From NCBI RefSeq assembly GCF_009914755.1, contig NC_060936.1: DNA of 64,000 bases. One strand, 5' to 3'. Below are positions 11,185-27,221 of the stretch, in pieces (the stretch's first letter is position 1; each line of letters begins with the position of its first letter). The notes beneath the pieces are model-generated. The model was not told the origin of the DNA, ran no database searches, and saw only the letters and a program-made list of their open reading frames with translations. This stretch comes from the human T2T-CHM13v2.0 reference genome, Homo sapiens. A program made the translations under genes and the position numbers.

Positions 11185-12465
11185 AGAGAACAGACTTTTA
11201 ACAACAAAAAAGTACTTTTTATTCTAAGGTTGAATTTAGGAGGCTGTATAAAGTAAAGGTGGGTAGATGAGACTGATTGCTTACAGAAAGCTAGCTTTGT
11301 GTGCTGGACTTGATACTATTACAGGTTTCTTGAAAGATCTGGGAAAAATGTTTAAAATTGCAACTGGAAGACATTTGCTAGACTAGAAATGGAGACTCCT
11401 AAGCACTCAGGAATTCAGCAAATGGCTGCTGGTTGGGTTTTTATTTTTATTTTTTGGATTTAAGATACTATCGAACTCTAGTTTAGTTCTTTCTGAATTG
11501 AAGACAACTAATTGATGGGTATGTTTCATATTAGTAAAAGCAAAAAGCTTATTAATTTATATTTTACATTAACAAAACCCATAGAGGGAAATTCTACTTT
11601 GCCTTTGTAACCCATATGTCAGCTTGGGCATCCCTGCCCTGTAATAAAAATGTAATTAATGACATTCTCCAAGAATCGTTGAGAATTCTCAGATGGCTCA
11701 TTTTTCATGGTCATTTCTGCTGTTGCCTGGGATGAATTAGGTATGTTTATGAATCATCTTTCATTTCTCATGGGCTCCATACCAAGTTGATCCAGACCAG
11801 GCCAAGGCCCTTTCTTCAGTTGTCATAAATTTAGAATCAAACAACAAAAAGAGAGAACACTTGCCTCGGACTGCCTACCACTCACAGGACTTGCCTTTAC
11901 CTCCCACACATGAATGCCCAATCTTTCAATAGGTCATCCTCTACCCTGTTAATTGAGGTTTTCTGTGTTTATTTTTCTCATCATTTTAAGTCTTCCATTT
12001 ATTGTAATCTAGGAGAAAATGAGGTCACTGAGTTTGTTAATTCATTATGCTGAGTTTAGTACACAAATTCTAAGCAATATTTCACAGACATGGCTTTTTC
12101 TTGGTGCAATAAATATGGGCTTTTGTAAACTGTTTTTTGCTTTTTGGTCCCACAGCTATGTTTTGGATGGTTAAAGATGCTAAAAGTCTAAACCCTCAAT
12201 TGCAGGTTACTTGTAGGTTTAGTTGTTATACCTGTACTGGGAGGTAGCATAAGGCAGTAAAAAGAACACTGATGCTCTAGATACTCTCTCCTCAATCAGA
12301 GAGATAGAGCTTGGTAGAGAGACCATGGCCTAGTTACCTAACCCATATGAGTCTTGTTTTTATTATTCATAAACTGTATCTGATAATAATAGCTATTTCA
12401 TATGGATTTGCAAAGATCAAATGTGATCCTAAGTATAAAATAATGTTTTATATTGTGCAATATAA

Positions 12466-12761
<296 letters not shown>

Positions 12762-13084
12762 AAATGTTAGTTTTTTATCAGTAACCTCTCATTTCTTTTA
12801 CCCAGGTATGTTATTTTGTTCGTTATCCCTAGGCAAGACCCTCTAGATTGCCTGTAACAGTTTCACACTCTTATCAAGGATGTATATATTCCTGCATTCT
12901 CTTTTCTATAGTTAGTCATCATTTCATTAGAAAGATATTTAAGAATTCACATTTATATTACAACATTTAATTTGAAAAAAACTTTTTGCGGGAAAGGAAA
13001 GTATAATCAGAAATTCATCTATCATCTTAAAGTCCTAGGTTTCACCAGTCTGTGCCATATGTGTTCACATTAACTCTCCATTCT

Positions 13085-13500
13085 GCATGAGTTGTACTAA
13101 TGTGGGTGCTGAAGGAGATAAACCCCCCAAATCAGTAGCTTAATACAAATGAAATTTGATTCTCAAACACAGTAGGTGTAATTGGTAGAAGGCATTGCAC
13201 TCCACAGTCATTCAAGGATCCATGCTAAGGGAAGGTTGCCATCTTCTACACATGGCTTCTAAACCATCCAAGGTCTCTCTGGATGACAATAAAAAACTGT
13301 CAGTGGGGTAAAAGAGGCACTGGACATCATGTGGAAGGTTTTTGTGGCCCAGGCCCAGAAGTGCCTATCACATCTGTCCATATTCCATTCTCAGAACTGT
13401 CACTGGGCATCTAACCACAAGGATGGCTGGAAAATGCATAGCTGTGTGTCCAGGAGAAAAGGAAAATAGGATTGTTGAACAACTAATGAGGTTCTGCCAT
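13085..13500. mobile_element. Degenerate MaLR (MLT1-like) LTR
   Basis: Loose resemblance to recalled MLT1 motifs (CCAGGCCCAGAAGTG..ATCACATCTGTCCATATTCCATT..AGAACT); boundaries approximate. Confidence 0.45.
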
Positions 13501-16500
13501 GGCCTTCTTTTTAGGTCGCCAAATATCTGCTTTCCTCTCTTTCCCACACATAGAAGACACTCATTCCTACCCCAGGGTCTCATACCATTATTGCATCCAG
13601 TCCAAAGTCCAAGGGGGAATAGACTATCCTCTCTATCAGATCCAGATATTTCAGCTTCTGGTTTGGTATTCTTGGATAAAAAGGTGAATTTTCTGCCTCC
13701 CAATGTTGAGGTAGAAAATGTCTCTGTTCTATCTCTTGTCATTGTAGAACAGCGAAGTTGAAGAAAAAATAAAATCAAACAAACAAAGACACCTTCTATT
13801 CAAAAAAGAGAAGACAGGCAGGCAAGCAGCAGTCCCTAGAATATAACCATAAGGAAATCCTGATTAGCGAGTATTGAGAAGCTTCCTACACTGGGAGTGG
13901 GGAAATTCCTTAAATAGCCTCTAAATCTAATCTCTGGGAGGAACCTTCTTTTCCATTATTATTTGTGGTGGCTCCATCCTCTGGAAAGTTCTTCCTTATT
14001 TCTTATTCCCTGGCTGTCACCTCTGAAGTGGCTGTTAAGAAGTGTGCTCTTCTTGCGATCTTTGGCTTCATAACTCATTCTGCAAGAGTAAAGACGGAAA
14101 CTAATGGGTGTTTTAGGTTTAAGGTCTGTCATTTGCGGACTCTGGGGCTGTGGGAGAAAAAATAAATCGTTTGGTTCATGCACACAATGTGACAGCTTGG
14201 CATAAGTAAAAGACATGAACAAAAGGATTAATGAAGAAGTGAAAGAAAGAAGGTGTATACATTAGGCACAACATCACCTAAAAAAAAAAAAAAACTGGAA
14301 TGCATTAAACTTGTTCATTCAATAAGTGTTGGCTGAGTGCCTACTAAGTGTCAAGCACTGAACCAGATGTGGAGGATTCAGTGGCAACACACGGAAAAGT
14401 TAAAGGAAAAAAAAATTGGGTAATAAATTTGTTATTGGTTTTAGCAAATCCAAAAAATTCAAGAAAATAGTGCAGTGTTTGCCAAATCTAAAACTCTTTC
14501 ACCCTCACTGAGTCTTAAATTAGGAATGCACAAAAGCAGAATTACTAGAAAATCAAAGTTTTATGGGTGTATTCCCTTAAGTAATAGCCCTATATTGGAA
14601 AGTTGGTGGAGGTGACTGCACATTTTAAATAACCAACCTGCACCTTTACCCCCTCCCCCATATCCTAACCAAATAAAGTATAAAATGAGGTAGAACTCAC
14701 CATGTTACATCAGCTTGCCAGGAATGAAGTCAATGCTGATTGGAAAAGTGTCAAGCAATAAAGAAGAGTTTGGATTTATCTTTAACACTGTCTTCATGTC
14801 ACTCGAGACTTTAATTTCAGCCAACTCTACTTCTAAAACCAACCTCTTATGCAATGATCCTGTCTGGGTCAGAGTTTCTTCTGGTAGGCATCAGATTCTG
14901 CAAATATTTATTATCTCATGTTAATCAAGTCCCCCTCTAGATTCTGCCATTTAACTTTAACGAGTTTGACACAAACAGAGTGATTTAATGCAGTTGTAAC
15001 TTATTCCTAAGTAGGGCCTGGTATAGCTTTTAAGCAATACATCTCTCCAGTCACACATAATAATGAATGAATTCTAACTCACTGCAAGTACTACAGTGTT
15101 CCTGAAGGTAATAAACCATGTCAGCTATGTGAGGCTTGGAAATTTTTTTTTAAAACATAGTAACCAAAAATGTTACCAGTTGGCCTTTGATTACAACTAC
15201 ATCCCCCAGGAAATGTGATCAAAAGGACATCTGTTCTATGTATCAAAATTCAGACATCTGCTTCCTTCTTTTCCTTTTATGGTATGCATAGATATCACAT
15301 CTGACTTCCAGTTTCCCTGCTGTCAAAGAGAAACTATTAAATGGGAGATGCTCTAGACAAAGGGATTTTAAAAAATCCATTGGCCACAGAGAACTAGAAG
15401 TGAAGAATCGAAAAAGAAGATTAATTTTCTTTCTTATTACTAAGTTTCTTAAGTATTTTCAGAGCACTTAAAGGGACATACCAGTGGGGGGAAAGTATAT
15501 GAATTAATGGCAGGATTCTTGAGGACTTTCTCACAAAGATAATTAAGGTGTCACTCCAAGACAACAGCCAGAGACACCACAAATAATGTATAGATATTTT
15601 TATTGTAGTATTACTTATAGTAAACTTGGATCCAATTTAAATGTTCCACAATAGAGGAATGACTAAATAAACAATATATACAAGTGTTAGACAAGTATCC
15701 AGGCATTAAGAATCATGTTTTATAAAATAGTAAATGACACAAAAAGCCTTGTAATATATTGGTGCAAAAACAGATGCAAAACTATATTCAGTATAATCTC
15801 AACTATTAGCCCTAAATGTTGTTGTGATCTTGGATTACAATTTTTTTGCATTTTCAAATTTTCAAATTAGAATTATGATTATGCTACTTCTATGGTGAGG
15901 AAAAATTACCCTTTATAATAGTGAAAAAATAAGAACAGTAATCTTCTATCTTCCACATTTTCCAAATACGATGAACACATTACACTTTTACAGTGGAAGA
16001 AAAGAAACACCTATCTTGTAAAGTAGTAAATAAATCAGAATAAGGCAGAAATCAATCATGAATTTACAAAATTATGTCATCAAGTATAAGTTCAGTTCAT
16101 TTTTAGTTTTGAAACTGTTTATCAAAATTAAATAGTTTGACTTATTTTTATTAGAAATATGATTCTAAGTATTCAACATTGCTTTTTAAAAAATTATCAT
16201 CTAGTTTTTCATAAAATCTGAGGAGCTGCTAGGTAAATTTCGCACACCAAATTTCGTGTGTTGAAATGTGAACATGCTCACCACAGACCAAGGGTTTCCG
16301 AGCTGCTGTTTCATCTCTTACTTATGGAAAATATGCTCATGTAATTATGAACCAATCAGCTTTTCATTGTGTCAAAAGCAAATGTAGATAGTGCAATTGA
16401 TATTTTAGCTTTATTATTGTCTTAAATATGTCTTGGCTTAAAAAGACATGGATGGCTTTTCCCCACTATACCAGATAATGAGTTGCAAATAAATCATTCA

Positions 16501-17309
16501 GTAGTAAAGTTCAAAGAAATGTTGAAAGCATTTCGAGTTTCCTAGTGTCTTACCGATATGTTTCTTTTTACAACAACCATGTCCCACGTCTATCTGTTTA
16601 GGATCTTAAGTTGCTAATAATCTACTCTCAATAATTCCTTAAGAAAACATTGAAAGGACAGTATCTATACCAAGGGAATAAAACCCTAAGTAGTAGAAAT
16701 TATTAAAAGTGATGTAGCTACTTAGGAATGAGTGTGAGCTCAGACACTGAAAAATGTATCATTGAGATAATACCAAAAATGGTCAACCTTTTCCTGTTAA
16801 GTTATAGTAAAGTATATAGTTTGAGTACTTAGTATATAAGAGAAGAGTTAGAATGAGATTGTACCAGGTTGAGAATTCCTCATCCGAGAAGACCAGACAA
16901 AATTCAAGGTTTTTAGAGAGGGACTATCTTGAATGATATCACCAGTAAGTGGGTTTATAAACAAAGACAGAGCTAGGCAGGTTGCACTGGATCCTTCAAA
17001 CCAGTTTCTCTGGAAAAATCTGAATTACTCAGTAAACCCTCAGTTGCCCCTGAGGTAAATCAACTTTGAAATACAGTAGAGAACTCTGGGTGATAAATCA
17101 CGCAGGGTTACACACTGGGTCCACAGTTCACAGAACATGATTAGATTTAAGACAATAGAAGACAGGGACATTTTATGAACTAGTTTATTGAATCCTTTTG
17201 AGACTATCACTGGCAGTTCCCAGAAGGCTTAGATAAATTAATCTTTAAGAGGTAAACAAATTAACTTCGAACTAAGAAAACAAAAACAAAACAAAAAACT
17301 TTGAATTAG

Positions 17310-17677
<368 letters not shown>

Positions 17678-18064
17678 GCATTACTGCTAAGTTTCTTGTT
17701 AATTTTCAGACTCTTTTGTAGGGAAAAAAAAGTGTGTTCATGCTTCGCTGTATAAAAGCTGCTTGTTCTCAACTTCCAAAAATGAATTTCTGATTGACAT
17801 TAATGATTCTGTTAAATCTCTACATAAGGCAAAGGCAATTGGAAACATTTGCATTAAAACTTCCAAAATTGGAAATATTTGCATTTAAACTTCCAAAGCC
17901 AGTTGTGTTCCATTACTGTTTTACGCCCCGCCCCTCCAAAGGACTAAGAAACTATCCCACAAAAAGCAAGAGGCCTCTAGTGTAAGCAGTTTTCAGTTTT
18001 CCTGTTACTCAAGTCAGATCAGCTGAAGGATGTTCAACCTCTCCCCTGCAGGCCATTTACTTTA

Positions 18065-18126
18065 AGGAAGGAAGGAAGGGAGGAAGGGAAGAAGGAAGGG
18101 AGGGAAGGAGGGAAGGAAGGAAGGAA
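18065..18126. repeat. (GGAA)n-type purine-rich microsatellite
   Basis: Seen directly. Confidence 0.85.
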
Positions 18127-18175
18127 AAAAATCTCTTCCAATCACATTAAGTCTTTTTCTTAAAAGCTTCAAATT

Positions 18176-18457
<282 letters not shown>

Positions 18458-18589
18458 GCTTCAAATTGCCCATACTAATTTCATTAAAAAAAGTTACCAA
18501 GCCATGAGGTTCAACATGATTTTGGCATACATTTTGTTCTTAGAAGTATCTGGATCACAGGATAAAATCAGAAACGTTGGCATGACCCA

Positions 18590-18637
18590 ACACACACACA
18601 GACACACACACACACACACACACATACACACACACAC
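18590..18637. repeat. (CA)n microsatellite
   Basis: Seen directly. Confidence 0.9.
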
Positions 18638-19263
18638 AACACAGCTTTCTGATCAGCAGTTTTTGGAAATGGAGTATTGCTGTGGAAGTAGAAAGGGAAT
18701 TTTCCTATTATTAGGGAACTACAAAGCGGTGGGCACTATGACAAACATCTGACTTTCATTACACGAATCCTCAGAAATCTCTGCAGTATGCCTATTCCTA
18801 CATCACAGATGAGATACAGTTGTCATCTCTCCAAGGTTATGTAATTTGTGCCAAGTGATACAGCAAAATTGGAATGCAGGTCTCTAATCTCTAAGTCCAT
18901 ACTTTCCCTATTGTACTGCATTGCCTCCCCTAGGAAATTTCTTCCTCGATGACAATATCATGAGGAAAGTGAAACTATTGCTTGCCATTTCTGAGTTAAT
19001 ATCAGTGTTTTTTCCATCCTCTAGCATGGATAATGCAGAGATGCCACCAGTTCTGTTGGAGAGTAGAAATAATCTTAAGTTTGGTCTCCATCTTCCTAGC
19101 CACCCTAGCTCTTTTCCTGCCCAGATGCAAGAAACAATTCTCAAAGGACTGTGAAATTGATCTTTGGTGTGGGGAAAAGAAAACATAACCAGATGATGAA
19201 TCAAGCACTGTGTTGCCTTTAGCATTTATTGTAGAATATTATGTAAAGTGAACTAAAATTTTG

Positions 19264-19469
19264 TTAAATACAAAATTGTCTTTAAGAATAGCATAATATA
19301 TGCTTAAATCTCTGAGGTCACAGAATACGATTTTAAGTGCAAAATTGTCTTTAAGAACAGCAAAATATATGCTTAATTCTCTGAGGTCACAGAATACGAT
19401 TTTAAATGCAAAATTGTCTTTAAGAACAGCATAATATATGCTTAATTCTCTGAGGTCACAGAATACGAT
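19264..19469. repeat. Tandem repeat, 69-bp unit x ~3
   Basis: CAAAATTGTCTTTAAGAA recurs at 19271, 19340 and 19409. Confidence 0.95.
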
Positions 19470-21448
19470 AGTCAGGTGGTTGGCATTTTAGATAAATATG
19501 CAAAAACACAATGACCCAGAGAGGTAAGTAACTTCCCCCAGTCACATAGCAAATCAATGGCAGAATCAGAATTCAAATATAATATTTCATGACTCCTAAG
19601 GGCCTGAGCTCTTTCCAATACACCAATGGTTCTCAACTTCAGGGTATATCAGAATTACTAGAGACCATGTTCAAAGAAAAGATAGATGCCCAAGCTTGGA
19701 CTAATAACTGTTGAATGAGAATCTTCAGGGTCAGGACATAGGTTTGTTTGTTTGAGCAACTTCCTGGGCAACCCTGCTATATGCCGAAAGTTGACAGCCA
19801 TACTACTACACCATGCTGCCTTATGGAGTTATAGAAACGGTCTTCGCTAAAGCACTAAAAACGTCTAGATTAATCCTTTACATCTTATGAGAGTTACTAG
19901 TGAACTAGCAACAATTTTAACATTTTGTGAATTTTTGTTAATCTGTACATTGGGTATAATGGTTTTTGCTTAAATTAACGAACTTATTTGTGTTTGTTTT
20001 CAACTTAAAGCTAATTTGCAGAATTCATTGATTTGTTTTTACTCAGCACTCTAAAAATTCTCTAAAAAAAATTACAGTGTCTCTTTCACCTTGGGACACC
20101 AAATATTCCACAGAGATTGCCCCTTAGTTTAAGCAACCTTACTCATTTATTTTCCAAAAAAAATTAAGCAAATTTTGGTGGGTTATTGGGACTACATAAT
20201 GTAGTTATTTTTGAAGAGAAAGACTTTTTGAAGAGAAAGACGTAGTAAAATGATTAAAGATCAAAGATTCTCATGATTAGAAAAGATTAGATTACCTTCA
20301 ATGAGCCCCAGGAAGTAGAGGGCAAATCTCCTGTGGATACTTACAAAATGAGGTCATGTGGCTAACTAGTTCATTGTAAGAGACCATGTTAAAGGCCTCT
20401 GGATTGTTTCAAAAGCATTATATAAATGTAATGCCCCCACCCCAATTCCTACTTCTAATAAAAATGCAGTCTTGATGTCTGACTACAGAAGTCATACCCA
20501 AGGAGTTTATTTAAACCAGACAAATTTTTTTTTCTGGTTTTCTCTTTCTGCTGAATTTTCTTACTTAAGAGTTTGCAGTTTCTCTGTTGCCTCTGGGCTA
20601 CAAGTAACTATTCATATAATTAGAAGAGTATCTTATGTTTAAAAACAAATTAAGGAGAGAAATACTTGCCTGTGTAATGGCAAGTCAATGGAACACTCCC
20701 AAAGTTTCCAATCTGAAATGCTTAGATCACCTTTCAGCTGTATCTTTCAGTGACCACAGAAATGTGTCCTACTCTTGTAAAGAACAAGGTTTCCTAAAAT
20801 GGATCAACAGCAATCCCTCTGCTTGAGTTTTGATGATGGTGAGCAGCTTTCCAACTATTTACCTCTCAGTCTTGTGCCATCAAGTAGAGAATATGAGTTT
20901 ATGCAATGAGAAGAAACAGGATAAGCTCTTAGAATTTAAAATAATTATATTGTTCTTTATTGGTGGGCTTTCAATGAAATTTCTGAAATTCTGTTTTTTC
21001 TTTACTCATTTTGATTTCATCTATTTTTCTTACTTTAATCTCTCACATTAGCAACAAACACACCAAAAAGAAAATTTTTTTTAGAAGAGCTGGTGCTTAT
21101 CCAGGTTCCATTTGCACCATTTCATCTTGTCCCTTCAGTCTTGTCATTATTATAAAAATAGAAGGTCTGCTATAAAGACTGGAGAAATTACATTACTTCA
21201 AGCTCCCACTGGCAGTTAATATAGAGGACTCAGGAAACACTTGTGTCCTCGTTTAGCAGTCGCTATCTGCTATCTCTCATCACAGTCATACAAACTTCAG
21301 GAATCAGGCTTCCATTCTATTGTAGTAATAGTTCTATTACTGATCTTACAGGAATTAATTTTAATTCAATAAGCAAAATTTGAGTCTTTTCAATGAATGG
21401 CATACTGTCAGGCATAAAGAGATGAATAAGAATCAAGGAGTTTACAAA

Positions 21449-23712
21449 GAAATTTTTTAAAAAGCCTTTAAAATAGCCACACATAAAATTAAATACCTAG
21501 GAATTAACTTGACCAGAGAAGTGAAAGATCTCTATAATGAAAACTATAAAACACTGATGAATGAAATTGAAGAGGACACCAAAAACTAGAAAAGTATTCC
21601 ATGTTCATGGATTAGAAGAATCAATATTGTTAAAATGTCCATACTACCATCCAAAGCAGTGTACAGATTCAGTGCAATCCTTATCAAAATATCAGTAACA
21701 TTATTCATAGAAATAGAAAAAAACAATCCTAAAATTTATTTGGAACCGCAAAAGACTGAGAATAGCCAAAGCTAACCTGAGCAAAAAAGAATAAAACTGG
21801 AGGAATCACATTACTTGACTTCAAATTATACTACAAAGCTATGGTAACCAAAATAGCATGGTACCAGCATAAAAACAGACACACAGACCAATAGAACAGA
21901 ATAGAGAACTCAGAAAAAAATCCACACACCTACAGTGAACTCTTTTGACAAAGGTGCCAAGAATATACACTGCAGAAAAGACAGCCTCTTCAATAAATGG
22001 TGTTGGGAAAACGATATCCAGATACAGCAGAATGAAACTAGACCTCTATCTCTCTCCATATACAAAAATCAAATCAAAATGGATTAAAGACTTAGATCTA
22101 AGACTTCAAACTATGAAACTACTACAAGAAAACATTTGGGAAAATCTCCAGGACGTTGGTCTGGGCAAAAATTTATTGAGCAATACCCCACAAGCACAGG
22201 CAACCAAAGCAAGAATGGACAAATGGGATCACATCAAGTTAAAAAGCTTCTACACAGCAAAGGATACAATCAACAAAGTGAAGAGACAAGCCACAGAATG
22301 GGGGAAAATATTTGCAAACAACCTATCTGATAAAGGATTAATAACCAGAATACATAAGGAGCTCAAACAACTATACAGTAAAAAGTATAATAATCCGATC
22401 AAAAAATGAGCAAAATATTTGAATAACCATTTCTCAAAAGAAGACATACAAAAGACAAACAGGCATATAAAAAGGTGCTCAACATCACTGATCATTAGAC
22501 ATGCAAATCAAAACTACAATGAGATATTATTTCACCCCAGTTAAAATGGCTTATATCCAAAAGATAGGCAATAAAAAATGTTGTCAATGATGTGGAGCAA
22601 AAGGAACCCTCATATGCTGTTGGTAGGAATGTAAATTAGTACAACCACTACGGAGAACAGTTTGCATGTTCCTCAAAAAACAATAGAAATACCATATGGG
22701 CCAGGTGTGGTGGCTCATGCCTGTAATCCCAGCACTTTGGGAGGCTGAGACGGGTGGATCACTGGAGGTCGGGAGTTCAAGATCAGCCTGGCCAACGTAG
22801 CGAAACCCCATCTCTACTAAAAATACAAAAATTGGCCAGACATGGTGGTGCATACTTGTAATCCCAGCTACTCAGGAGGCTGAGGCAAGAGAATCACTTG
22901 AACTCAGAAGGTGAAGGTTGTAGTGAGCCAAGATTGTGCCACTGCACTCCAGCCTGGGTGACAGAGTGAGACTCTGTCTGAGAAAAAAAAAAAAAGAAAG
23001 AAATACCATATGATCCAGCAGTCCCACTGCAAGGTATATACCCAACAAAAAGGAAATCAGTATCTCAAAGAGGTATCTGCACTCCCATATTTGTTGCAGT
23101 ACTGCTCACACTAGCTAAGATTTGGAAGCCACCTAAGTGTCCATCAATAGATGAATGGATAAAGAAAATGTGGTACATATACACAATGGAGTACTACTCA
23201 GCCATCAAAAAGAATGGGATTCAGTCATTTGCAACAACATGGATGGAAATGGAGGTCATTATGCTAAGTGAAATGAACCAGGCACAGAAAGACAAACATT
23301 GCATGTTTTCACTTATTTGTCAGGTACAAAAATCAAAACAATTGAACTCATGGACATAAAGAGTAGAAGGATGGTTACCAGAGGCTGGGAAGGCAAGTGG
23401 GAGGGGGTGGATGGGAATGGTAAAGGGTGGCAAACAATAGAAGAATTAATAAGACCTACTATTTGATAGCACAATAGGGTGACTATAGTCAATAATAATG
23501 GTACATTTTAAAATAATTTAAAGAGTATAATTGGATTGCTTGTAACTCAAAGGATAAATGCTTGAAGGGATAGATACCCCTTCTCCATGATGTGCTTATT
23601 TCATATAGCATACCTGTATAAAAACATCTCATGTACCCCATAAATATATATACCTACTATGTACCCACAGAAATTAAAGAAAAATAGAAAGAGTTTCCCT
23701 ACAAAAGAAAAA
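21449..23712 (+). mobile_element. Old 5'-truncated L1 (L1PB/L1MA-type 3' region), interrupted by an Alu
   Basis: Degenerate ORF2 (KWIKDLDLR, DKWDHIKLKSF, MWYIYTMEYYSAIKKN); 21-bp TSD AAGAATCAAGGAGTTTACAAA at 21428-21448 and 23713-23733. Confidence 0.92.
22699..22998 (+). mobile_element. AluS nested in the L1
   Basis: TSD AGAAATACCATATG at 22685-22698 and 22999-23012. Confidence 0.93.
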
Positions 23713-25496
23713 AAGAATCAAGGAGTTTACAAACTAGAGGGGGAAATATAAGCCCTGAATTTAAGAACAGACATGAATTTTTCAGAGTCAGTGTTTCCCA
23801 ATTATGGTACCTGGACCATCAGATCCACCTGCAGAGGCGGTTAAGAAATACAATTTCCTAGGTTACACACAAAACTACTGAGCCAGGGTCTCTGAGGGTG
23901 GAATAAAGAAATAATTTTTAACCAGGTTCTTTGATTTTTCATGCCTACAGTTTGAAAGCTACTGATGCGAAGATTGCTCTGGGCAGTTATAAAGGGAAAT
24001 GAGTTGTATGCAGTTATTCATCTGCAATGGTCCGTGTTTGCACTCTAAATGGAGAAATTCTCATCATTTGCATGCCTTAAAATCAATTGGGGGACTTGGT
24101 GTGAAATACAGATTCCTGGGTGTGCCCTAGTAATTTCTTATTTAGTGGGTATGGGATAGGACCCAGGAATATACATTTTAATTATGCTACTAGTGATTCC
24201 AATGCAGTTCACTTTGTGGACAGCGTTATGAAAAGACCAAAACCACTGACCTGTTGGATTCCAGTTGGCTGCCATCTCTGTCACTCTATTCAGGACATGG
24301 CACTATTAAAGAGTATTATTTTAGAAGCTATAGGGGTATGGTGAGATTCCTGACAGGGCAAGTCCTATTATTAAGCAAGGCTAATGTAGTAAAATGGAAT
24401 CCTCATTTAGTACTGTGGTTTGAATTGATGCAGCCAATTCATTGATTTATTTCAGTGGAACATTATCAACTACTATCTAAATCAGAAAACTCAGACTTTT
24501 AAAAAATTGTACTATGTTCATTCAGATATGCATTCTTGATTGAAAATACAATGCAACAGATACAACACAGATTGGAACATTATTTCCTAAAATTGTAATG
24601 ATCTCCTGAAAAGTAATGCAAATATGGGATCTTGGTGCTGTTCAACGTTGCACAGGTTGTCTGAAAGTATAATATGGAATAGCAGTAACTTCTGTCTTTT
24701 AAAGTCATAAAAACCAAAGGCAAAAGAAAATCTAAATATGACTACTTACATCATATGTAAGGAACCCCATCGTGAGAAGGGTGGATGCTGAAACCATCTC
24801 CTACTTCTTGCTTTCCAGTAGTCAGAAGTCTTCACAGGCCAAAGTGAAAGAGTCCACAGAACCCTAAGTAAATTTCTAGTGAATAAAATATATCATGTAG
24901 ACTCAAAAAGAGTCTTCTCCAAATTCAGTTACCAAAAAAGAGAAAATTATACAAATTTTAGATAAGCTTACCCAAAAATATTCAACATATGTTTGTTGTA
25001 CAATTAACATTAACTATCAAGAGGGAAAACATCTGACTCTAGAAGAAAACATTTAGCATGCTTATGATTGATTAATATTAGAAAAACTGTTAAAGATCTT
25101 TCTGGAAGAGATGTACCCCAGGGTGTTTTTATTGGGTAATAAAAAGTTGATCTCAAGTAGTCAGAGAAATCATGTCTCATTTGTATCAGGCAAGAGCATG
25201 TTCAGAAGCCATTCTGAGGATTTAATGAAGATGACTAGGAAAGGGAAGAAATCCACATATTGATCTGGCAAGTTAACATATTTCAATTCTGTCTACCATT
25301 TTTCTGCACTGTAGGGCCAGCCTTTTCAGTGGTGTGTTACTGCAATTCTGAAGATCATTTGGAAGTTAGGTCAGTCCTCAATGCTTTTGACATCTGGGAT
25401 TGATAAGGTTGATAAAGTGTCCTGGGCACATTCTCAACAAAGAGGTCATTCTGACTCTTCCAGAAAGATCTTTAACAGTTTTTCTAATATTAATCA

Positions 25497-25701
25497 ATCA
25501 AGGGATCCTCCCATCTCAGCCTCCCAAGCAGTTGGGACTACAGGCACACACCACCATGCCTGGCTAATTTTTTGTATTTTTAGTAGAGACAGGTTTTTAC
25601 CATGTTGCGCAGGCTGGTGTCGAACTCCTGGGCTCAAGTGATCTCCCTGCTTTGGCTTCCCAAAGTGCTGAGATTACAGGCATATGCCACCATGCCCAGC
25701 C
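25497..25701 (-). mobile_element. Partial AluJ
   Basis: Left arm plus part of right arm, no tail. Confidence 0.85.
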
Positions 25702-25834
25702 AGATGTCTTCTTTAAGTAATGTTATTACAACTAAAACCAGTTTTTGAGTATAATTAAGCAGGTTGTTATAAACAAGAACAATGTGATAATGATGGTGCT
25801 ATTTTTTGTATATTGATCTATATTTATGTTTCAG

Positions 25835-26010
25835 CTATTTGAGAAAGTCAAAGAAGTTTGTCCAAATGTGCATGAGAAGATCAGAGCTATTTATGCAGAT
25901 CTCAATCAGAATGACTTTGCCATCAGCAAAGAGGACATGCAGGAGCTTCTCTCCTGTACAAACATAATATTTCACTGTGCAGCCACTGTACGCTTTGACG
26001 ACACTCTCAG
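25835..26010 (+). CDS. FAR2: FAR2 coding exon 2 (LFEKVKEVCPNVHEKIRAIYADL...FHCAATVRFDDTL)
   Basis: tttcag|CTA acceptor, AG|gtacat donor, 176 nt; FHCAATVRF motif typical of FAR NAD-binding domains; in frame with previous exon. Confidence 0.97.
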
Positions 26011-26832
26011 GTACATTCCCATTTCCCTCTCATGGCTTGTATACATATGTGTGCATGTAAATTTCTTCATAGTTTCTGTAAAAAAAAAGAAATACACTCT
26101 AAACAAAAAAGACATACAAAGAAGCAAAACTCCTCCAAAATCCCACCATCTAGAAACAACCATTTACTATTGTGGAGAATATTCACTCCAATTTTTCTTT
26201 ATGTATCTATGATTACATAGGTGTATGTTCAATTTTACTGGAAGAAAATGGCATCCTAGCGAGAATGATGTTTTGCAACCTGCTCAATTATATTTTTTGA
26301 TATCTATCATTGTCAATAAATATTCTATTATAATTTGTAATGATTACATGACATTCCATTGTACATATATATATAATATATTAAACCAGTTCTATGTCGG
26401 TGGACATTTGGATTGTTTTAATTTTTCACTATTAACAACACTGCAATGAACATCTGTGTGCATGTGTATTTTTCACCCCTTTGTGTGCTCTTCTTGAGAT
26501 AAATTCCTAGAAGTACAATTATCAGATACATATCAGATGTTACCCAGGTTATGAACAGTTTGCATTTTCACACATAATGCTAAATTGCTCTCCAAAAATG
26601 TGGTGTCCACTTACACTGTCTCTGTGCACATGAATGCTCATTTTTACAGTCACAAAATAATACTATAATTTTTAAATTATTTTAATGTTGCTAATAGGAT
26701 AATGGAAATGGTAGCACATGTTCTGATTTGTATTTCTTTGATGATTACAAAGGCTAATGATATTTAAATGCTTATTGGCATTTTGTTCTTTGTGAAATGC
26801 CTATTGATGTTCTTTGCCTATTTTTCTATTGA

Positions 26833-27221
<389 letters not shown>

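Noticed and set aside
13342-13778. Overlapping 139-aa and 136-aa ORFs
   Set aside because: Lie in probable MaLR-derived sequence with no recognisable domain or splice support.
19264-19469. CRISPR-like array
   Set aside because: Head-to-tail tandem repeat with no unique spacers; eukaryotic intron.
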